Assembly: GCA_964016885.1 (NCBI GenBank)
Contig: CAXHJY010001187.1
Coordinates: 60,077-124,076 of the forward strand
Length of the DNA stretch: 64,000 nt
Direction: 5' to 3'
Origin: Eledone cirrhosa
Taxonomy: Eukaryota
Part shown: positions 53,581 through 64,000 of the stretch, one piece after another
Layout: the number at the start of each line of letters is the position of its first letter
Position numbering within the stretch: position 1 is the stretch's first letter
Notes under the pieces: generated by a model
What the model was told of the DNA's origin: nothing
What the model saw: only the letters and a program-made list of their open reading frames with translations
Database searches by the model: none
Translations under genes and position numbers: made by a program

Positions 53581-55079
53581 CAAAACATATAGCTTAAAAT
53601 TTAATTAGCACTAACTAGATGTAAAAAATGATTAGCAAATTTCTCTATTTGGTTCTCATATATCATAGAACTGATAATAACTTAAACTAATCTTTCCTGA
53701 ACAACTAATGACTTTGTTGTATTAACCAGCTAATTCCTTGTATGCACTGTACATTATAAACAAATTAATGACAATTGTATTAAAAGTACAATATATTACA
53801 TATATTTTTGGGTGGTAGACTTAATCCGTTACTGGGTTTAACATCACCACTTGGTTCTTGGGTGACATTAGCGAAATCCACTCTATTGCAAGCATCGGGT
53901 CAAGTTTTCAGTTTGGGGACTCTCCCTCCCTCGACCACACCATACCTACATGAAGCCTTGAATAAGGTAAAACAACAAACAAACAAGCAAAAAATAGTAA
54001 AAACAAATCATGTATGCATCTGCGGACACACATAAGTAATTACATATATTTATAGCCGAGTGGTTTAGATTAATGATTCGCAGCAATGAGGTCCCAGGTT
54101 TGGTTCCATTGCATAGCATTTTCAGCCAATGTCTTTTACCATAACTTCGTGTCAACGTAAATATTGTGAGTGAAATTGAGTAAACGTAATCTGTATGGAA
54201 GCTTATCAGATGAAGTGTACCTGTAATTCAAAGATGCCGCCTTGTCATACTGACTTAAGCTGATTTGACCTGAGAATTATGTTATGGCTACATGTGTCTA
54301 TGGAATACTCAGCCACTTCACACGCCAATTTAATGAGTAGGTCGGTCAGTTGATCAAACAACTGGGCGCTAATATGTCGTTCGCGACCGGAGAGTTCGTC
54401 ACACACACACGCGCACACACACGCACACAGACACACACACACAACACACACACACGCGCGCATACATGGAAATGCGAATGCATGTAAATATCTACTCCGA
54501 CCCCCCTCTCTCTCTATATATATATATACATACAAACATACACACACATATATATTATGCATATTAACTCTCTAAAAAGGGAAATCATATCAAACCCCCA
54601 GTCCACCATTTGCCTCCATCATGGATCAACTAAGCACTCTTGCTATATTAACACATCTTGATCTGCTTATCTTCAAGAATTATGCCTGTAAATAACATTA
54701 TTTGTTCTTTCACATTACCTTATTATGCTCCAGACTACGTCCCTTTTTTTCTTTTTTCTTTTCACTTCATAAACCTTGTTTATAAATAACATTATTCTTT
54801 CTGCACCATTTCTTTAACATGTCCAACACCACCATTCTACACCAATACATATTATTATCATTTGATAATGCATAAAAATGCTGAAATCGGTAATAGACAA
54901 TTATTAAATATATAAATAAATAAATGCCATTGTTAATTAATAAATAAATCAACTAATACCTTGACACTTCACACAAAGTAAAATATTTCGTTTTAATCAT
55001 TTTCTAACCCAGAAAAAAAGAAACAAATAAAAAGGGAAACATTTTTATTTCTTCCTAATAATCGTCTTTTTCTCCTTGT

Positions 55080-55144
<65 letters not shown>

Positions 55145-55335
55145 ATAAACAACATAAGACAATTATTCCATTTACCAGTGGTTTCTTAAAAGCAAAAAAT
55201 TTTGCTTTCAATCATCAGAATGAAAAAATCCTGGTGTATTTATTGATATTGGATTCTAAAAACAAAAATGCAATCTATATGAAAGTGAGGCTGGAGAAGG
55301 AAGAAGGAAAATAAAAATAAAATAAAAACACACAT

Positions 55336-55420
<85 letters not shown>

Positions 55421-56086
55421 TATATACATACACACACACATATATATATATATATATACACACATACATACACACACACATATATATGTGTATATATATA
55501 CATACACATACATATACACATACATACATACACACATAAATATCAACATATCCATACATACACATACACATATACAACCACACACATATATATACACATA
55601 TATATATAGAAATATAAACATATATATATATGCATACACATACACGTACATAGCCATACACACATACATATACATACATACATACATACATACATACATA
55701 CATACATACACACACACAATCATACGTATATATACACGTACATACATATACATACATACACACATATATACATGCATACATATGCATGCACAAAATTAGA
55801 AAAATATACACACACCTCTACATATTCACACACGCAAATAAATATAAGAAAAAATATATATAATAATAAAAGACAAAAAAGAAAATAAAGACTATTATAA
55901 AGTTGACAGCGATACAGGCAACAAATAAATGAGCAAACACACGTGGTAAGCAATACACACAAATGCACGTACACATACATACGTAAAAATAAATACAAAC
56001 ACACACTCTCACACATAAATATACATATACAAATACATAAGCACATACATACGCATACACAAATACATACACACACACACATATAC

Positions 56087-56239
<153 letters not shown>

Positions 56240-56537
56240 TACATACATAGCCATACAATTATACACTTACAAATACGTACATATCACAAACACGCACAAC
56301 CAAATACAAACACACACACATATATATATATATATGTGTGTGTAAAACTCATTCTTAGATAATTCATATGAACCTTATTTAACTCTAAAATATACATATA
56401 TATATATATATACACATACACATACATACACACTAACATACACATATATACCTACACACACATATATACATACACATACGTATGCATACGTACACACACA
56501 CACACACACACATATATATGCATATACATATATAACT

Positions 56538-56568
<31 letters not shown>

Positions 56569-56719
56569 CTTGGGGAGGGTCATATTTGCGTAATATTGCC
56601 AGAATTAATAGCAGAACACACTCACTGTTTGGTTGGTTTTCGCTTCTCGCTGTCTTTTATATCTGCGATCTAACTTACTCGGTCCTCAATGTTGCCATTG
56701 ACTGACCGACGGTCAAAAA

Positions 56720-57432
<713 letters not shown>

Positions 57433-57513
57433 CATACATATATATATATATACATATATACATATATACATATATACATATATATATATATATACATATA
57501 CATATACATATAC

Positions 57514-57620
<107 letters not shown>

Positions 57621-58098
57621 CACACGCATAGTATATATACACACACATAGTATATATACACACACATAGTATATATACACACACATAGTATATATACACA
57701 CACAAGTATAACAATATCTGTTTCGACACACGATTTCATATAAAAAACCTCGCTAAACTAATATATATATATATATATATGAGAAAGAACATAAATATTA
57801 TAAAATAAATATTTTATATATAAAAAAAATTTTGAATACGACAAATAATAAATAAAAATATATATATATTTAGAAAAGGGTATAAATGCCCATAGCAGAC
57901 CTAGAGCACTCAACAAATTCATGGAGCAAAAGATCAATGAAAATAATCATCAAATCAGTATATATAATGATGCACATACATACACCCTATTACATATATA
58001 CATATACACACACACACACATAAATATATATACATACACACACTCACACAAAAAACCCCAACCACAGAAATACAAATACACATACAAAAACGTATATA

Positions 58099-58151
<53 letters not shown>

Positions 58152-60590
58152 TAGGAAAAAGCCTGACCCTACGGCAGAGCTCAAGCCTTTTCTGAGGCTA
58201 TTATATTAAAACACACAAAACCATTATATAAAAAATTAATATCTAAAAATAAAAAAATGTTTGGTATGTGAAGGGTAAGGCAAAAAAATAGGGGGGAAAA
58301 GGAGGGGGGAAAATGACATAGGAAAAGGTTTAAATATAAGGGGAGATAAGGGAGAAAGAGAATACAAGAGTACAGAACGTGGATTCAGCAGGTAAAAAAC
58401 CCGTAGTAGAAGTAAAGAACAGGAAAGGAGTTCAAGGCGGTTGAGTTATCATAGGAATGTCAATCCAGTTACAGATCAGATGTGATTTCAGATGAGGACA
58501 ACATCTGAAGATCTCGGACTTTGAGTTCAGGCAAGCAGAAGTGGCTTTCAAGTTTAGCAAAATCCTATATTTTTCTGTGGTACACAAAGAACAATTCTTT
58601 GTGCTCCTTTGGTACTCCCTCGAATGGTCTAAAATAGACCAATCGATAGAGTACGGGATGTTTTTATCCTTGAATTCCCACACCTTACTTGCGAGGGCCG
58701 TTGTTGTTCGTTTATCGGAGTGCTTAAAAGAAGCGACATGTGAGTAAAACCTGGTTTTAAACCTGTCCTGGGTCATGCCGACATATCGCTCACTCCTGGC
58801 TGGCTGGTTGTTGATTAAAGGTGTTATTTTAGCCTCATAAACAACAGATTTAGTGTTACATTTGCCCTGCAATGGGCATTCATCCGGCTTCCTGCAACTG
58901 CATCCTGGATTTGTTTTCGTATGATTTGAATTAGTGATCTTGGACTTCATAGATGGGCAACAAGAGTAACTGATCTTAACTACATTCCTATTAAATATCT
59001 TATAATATCTATGATTAGGAGGAAAATGTTTATCTAAGAGTTCAAGGAATTTCCTTCCTACATTAGTTTTGACAGTTAGAGAGAAGGGGGGTGTAAACCA
59101 AATAATTTTCCTTTTCCTGTTATTGTGGTTAGTTTTAGGGGGGGGGGGTTAGGTAAATAATAAATTTGTTCTGTAAAACCGCTGTTCTTAAGGGCTTTAT
59201 TATAATAAGGGGCGGCTTTATTAAAAATGTCTATAGACGATGATAAGGTAGAAATCCTACGGCTAATGTTGGGAATAAGATTATTAAAAACTATAGGGGG
59301 ATGGCAAGACTCTTTGTGTATATGCCTAAGATTTTCATTAGGTTTATGATAAGGTTTAAAAGAGGCGGTAAGTAGATCAAGATTAATATCAAGAAAGTTA
59401 GCATTGGTAAGGTTCGTATCTATAGTGATTTTAAGGTTAAGATTAGCAAAAGTATTGATTAAATCTTTACGGAATTTATCAAGGTTATGGGCGTTGGTGG
59501 TATGAGAAACTGCCAATCCGTCATCACGGTATAAACAGATATTATGGGAAGGAAATTTCTCTTTGAGGGTGTGGAGAAGGAATAATCCTACTAAGTCACA
59601 CACATCCGCACTGTCACATGAACCCATTACAACATCAAAAGAGTTTTCAGGGTTTGACTTTTTAACCCAAATATTTTCATTAGTAAAGAGTAAAGTTTTT
59701 CTAGCATGAAAGATAATGTCTTCTTCTAATTTAGAAATATTAATGAAGGGTCTTGCAAACTCTAAGGCATTAGTTAATAAGGAAACAGTAATAGAGGGGT
59801 AAACATTAACAATATCAAATTGGGTAAATCTACACTTATTTTTTACCTTGTATATTATTAAACCAAGAAATAACAGAGGAAGTATTTAGCCACTGTGATA
59901 GGTCAGTCTTAGTTCTAATTTGGAGAATTATTTTTCTTAAGATTTTTTTACTTGCAAGGCCAACTTCGGATTTAGCCGGGTTAATCTGTCTACAACTAGG
60001 TCGATTAGTAAAGTCTAATTTATGGTCTTTAAGGGTAATATATGCTTTACGCTTAGCTAGGCTTTCAATCCGGTTGTCTATTTTTAAAGAACTAGCTAGT
60101 TCTTTAGCTTCTTTATTAATAGTATTGTAGGTATTATTATTAGTTAATTGATATTTGTTGGTGATACTATTAGTTAAAAGTTGGTTATGCAAAGTACTAT
60201 TAACTTCAAAGAGATTTTTAATTTTATCAGAAAGAACAAAGGTGTTTGTAGAATTTTTAAAATTAGAAATATCGTTAGACAGTTTAGTTTGAAAGTTATT
60301 ATTGTACTTACGAAATTTGATATCACTAATTAGATTAACGAGGTCTAATTCGAAGTTGGCCATGTCTTTAATTCTATGTGGATATTTACGGGATTTTATG
60401 TCAAAACAATCATTAGTATCAGCACTGAATAGTCCATCGTAAACCATTGCCTTCCATCTCATTCTTTTAACGACTTGTTCGATTTTATCTATAAGCATTT
60501 TGGTATAAGTTGTGTTGGAAGGAGTAGGTATATTTTTGATTGAATAATCCAATTCATAAAGGTCCATGGTGTATGTTGGTTAAATTACTG
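58152..60590 (-). mobile_element. Penelope-like element (Neptune/Nematis-type; RT + Cys-rich linker + C-terminal GIY-YIG); ORF 60567-58432 with two frameshifts
   Basis: YSIKNIP.PS N-terminus, ITLKDHK, FDIVNVYPSI, MGS.D.A.VC.LVG, YRDDG, CSC..CPL.G.C, VVY..YVG.T...FK.R...H, C.LC..EK and LNSKSE motifs. Flanked by microsatellites. Confidence 0.93.
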
Positions 60591-60646
<56 letters not shown>

Positions 60647-60900
60647 GGTCGGAGTAGATATTTACATGCATTCGCATTTCCATGTGTGCGTGTGTGTGTA
60701 TGTGTGTGTGCGTGCATGTGCGTGCGTGTGTGTGTGACGAACTCTCATGTCGCGAACGACATATACATATATACATACAAATATACACACACATATATAT
60801 ATGTAGAAGTTATATTTAATTTGTTGGGATTCCAACAAACTTAAATGTTTATAACTGATATAGAGCATTCAACAGTTTACTGGAGTAAATATTCAATATA

Positions 60901-61240
60901 TTAATAAATGGAAACTATATTTATAAAACCATAATTATTTTATTATATATATTTCAAGGGCGACCAAGCCAATCTTGCGCGCTTTCATCAGATAAAATAC
61001 AAAATTTGTTTTATAAATAGTGACATAACCATGGGAAACAACCTTGACGGTTGAAAATTCTCTGGATAGACTATCAAGCGAATTTTCAACCGTCAAGGTT
61101 GTTTTCCATGGTTATGTCACTATTTATAAAACAAATTTTGTATTTTATCTGATGAAAGCGCACCAAGATTGGCTTGGTCGCCCTTGAAATATATATAATA
61201 AAATAATTATGGTTTTATAAATATAGTTTCCATTTATTAA
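60901..61240. repeat. Foldback element: ~160-bp arms, 19-nt loop, a hammerhead in each arm
   Basis: 60901-61060 versus 61080-61240 differ at only a few positions. Confidence 0.95.
61141..61205 (+). ncRNA. Hammerhead ribozyme motif (mirror copy on minus strand at 60936-60999)
   Basis: TATTTTAT-CTGATGA-[AAGCGC ACCAAG ATTGG CTTGGT CGCCCTT]-GAAA-TATATA-TA-ATAAAATA: 8-bp stem I, long stem II, palindromic stem III. Confidence 0.82.
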
Positions 61241-61247
61241 CACACAC

Positions 61248-61717
<470 letters not shown>

Positions 61718-61891
61718 ATCTTCTATACACAATCATACACGCCCGTGTATATACATATATATATAAAGGGCTAAAGCCCGACACGCCGAACTTTCTTTCC
61801 CCTTTTCCATATACAGCATGAAACTAATCAGACGTTTTGTACCTCTGTTTTGTCGTTTCCTTGAACTATATATATATAGTAAATATCATAA

Positions 61892-63158
61892 TCTATAAAG
61901 CTCAGTGTGTGGTCATGCTCCTTTCTTATAGAAATCTACGATATAGAATTTCTTCAATTGAAATTTACAATTCAGTATTCGAAATAGCATCGATTGCGTC
62001 TTGGCACATCTAATTTTTTCAATTTCACGCACAATTACGCAAAAAATAGATAAAACTCAATATTTTACGATTTTTCTCTCTCATTTAAAGTGCTAAACTC
62101 TATCCACTACCATTCAAAATCTATACAACTTTATACTTTCTGCTACTTTCTCTTTCCAAGCTTGACGGTGATACTGTCCGTTTTACTCTCTCATATCATC
62201 TGACAACGTGCGTGATTGCCGAAGAGAGAGAGAGAGAGAAGAGTGTGAGAGGGAGAGAGATAGAGACCGTTTATTATTACATAAAGTACCAGTAATGTAC
62301 TGGGTAATTGCTGGCCTTGTGCCAAAAAAGTAGAAACAATTATTACATTTCATACGAAACGACAATTATTCAAAAGCAACAGATACATTTATTCAAGCGA
62401 TAAATCTTTTTTAAAACCTCTTTTCCAAACGCATACAAACACACACTCACTTCAACAACAACAACAACAACAATCTGCCTTTTATAGATAATGATAAACA
62501 ATAATATCCTCTATGAGGTCACTAAACCTGCTAGAAACAGCAGCTAACTCTCCCCCATACACACCCCCTCCCTACTCTCTTAAATTTAGAAAACATATCT
62601 TCTATGAGGTCACTAAACCTGCTAGAAACAGCAGCTAACTCTCCCCCATATCACACCACTCCCTACTGTCTTAAATTTAGAAAACACATATCCTCTATGA
62701 GGTTACTAAACCTGCTAGAAACAGCAGCTAACTCTCCCCCATATCACACCCCTCCCTACTGTCTTAAATTTAGAAAACATATCTTCTATGAGGTCACTAA
62801 ACCTGCTAGAAACAGCAGCTAACTCTCCCCCATATCACACCACTCCCTACTGTCTTAAATTTAGAAAACACACAGACAACCATGCAGAACAACTCCATCA
62901 CAGCTCTGTTGTTCGGCTGGCATCGTCTACGCGCGTGTTGCGCAAGTACTGTGAAACAATAAATTTCAACACTTTTTTGCACAGAGATAATATTCATAGG
63001 CGAAACTACAATTGTCACTGCTGGCGCAGCTCCTGCTTCCAGGTCTGCAATTCATTCACCCAGTGCCTGGCAGACAAAAAAGTGCTGCCATAAAATGAGT
63101 GGTGCAACCTAACTTTGGTAACTTAATGACCCCGAGCAACGCCGGGCTTTAATGGTAG
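61892..63158 (+). mobile_element. Non-autonomous Helitron with an internal minisatellite
   Basis: A|TCTATAAAG 5' end. 3' hairpin CCCGAGCAACGCCGGG (identical to family A) followed by GTAG|T, a CTAG variant. Confidence 0.7.
62511..62870 (+). repeat. Tandem repeat, four units of 91/93 bp
   Basis: Units start at 62511, 62602, 62695 and 62786. Confidence 0.95.
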
Positions 63159-63320
63159 TATATAATAAATTAAGGTAAAAGACTAATTGACAGTGTTATC
63201 TTTTGCATTTTATATTCTATATCCAAACCTGCATTGTTCTGGCCTTCTAACCTCAAACGTTTATATATAAATAATAGCCGTCGAAACGGCTTGAGCTCTG
63301 CCGTTTGGGTCATACTTTTT

Positions 63321-63357
<37 letters not shown>

Positions 63358-64000
63358 TACACACACACACACACACACACACGCACATATACATACGTAT
63401 GTTTGTATCGATGTGTATGTATTTATAGGCATATTTACATTTACATAAGTTCAGAGATATGTTAAGATTTATATGTAACTACACATTTATATATGCACAT
63501 ATACACGCACACACACTCACACTCACACATATGTAACGTAAACATTTATTGATAAATCCTCCTAATCATGATATTGTAAGTAGAAAATAGCAACATAAAA
63601 AACCTTGGCCGGATTAAATGGATGATTTACGAAGCTTATATGATAATGACCTGTCTATGAGTTTCAGACAAGCTCCACTAATTCATATCTCTTCACCTTT
63701 ACTGATGAAGGTCTGATCAAGGGAGGTAACTCTTAGATATAATTTATAAAGTATTCTCTTGTTAACAGCGTTCAGAAATATGTGTAGCAAGTTTTTTCAT
63801 TTTTAACTGACTTTTCAAATTTTTTTTCTACAATTACAAAGTAATATTAATAATTGTTTCTACTTTTGGCACAAGGCCAGCAATTACCTAGTACATTACT
63901 GGTACTTTATTTTATTGACCCCGTAAGGATGAAAGGCAAAATAATAAAATGAAATTGGTTATATATATATGTATATATAGGAAAAAGGATGACCCCGACG

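Noticed and set aside
55200-55225. CTGATGA-TT-GAAA on the minus strand
   Set aside because: No stem II or stem I. At best a dead hammerhead remnant.
62511-62870. Regular repeats as a CRISPR-like array, and repeat ORFs MRSLNLLETAANS
   Set aside because: Contiguous tandem units with no unique spacers, no cas genes and a eukaryotic context.
63270-63320. SECIS-like ATGA...GA hairpin on the minus strand
   Set aside because: Helix length and apical AA spacing do not fit, the homolog at 58152 lacks ATGA, and no Sec-type in-frame TGA ORF is adjacent.
63695-63725. CTGATGAAGGTC core-like motif
   Set aside because: No downstream GAAA or stem III.

Overview
This is AT-rich, repeat-dense eukaryotic (metazoan) genomic DNA, not prokaryotic. 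The repeat repertoire (RTE LINEs with (GAT)n tails, tRNA-derived SINEs, Penelope-like elements, Helitrons, long CA/TA microsatellites) suggests an octopod cephalopod; this is inference. One host gene on + is mostly missed by the ORF track. Its 13 GT-AG coding exons (12961-39905) splice in consistent phase to 1857 nt (618 aa), giving a degenerate N-terminal START-like domain, a Ser-rich linker and a C-terminal STARD9-type START domain. The rest is transposable elements: a near-intact RTE with a PHD finger after the RT core, two CR1 copies, two CRE-type RLE fragments, a mariner, a piggyBac relic plus TTAA MITEs, a hAT MITE, several Helitrons and several Penelope-like elements (PLEs), one with a full-length RT+GIY-YIG frame broken only at homopolymers. 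The most unusual signal is six minimal hammerhead ribozyme motifs at five loci. Four of these loci lie in or beside short, mutually dissimilar foldback (inverted-repeat) elements embedded in microsatellites. All coordinates were read by eye and repeat boundaries are approximate.
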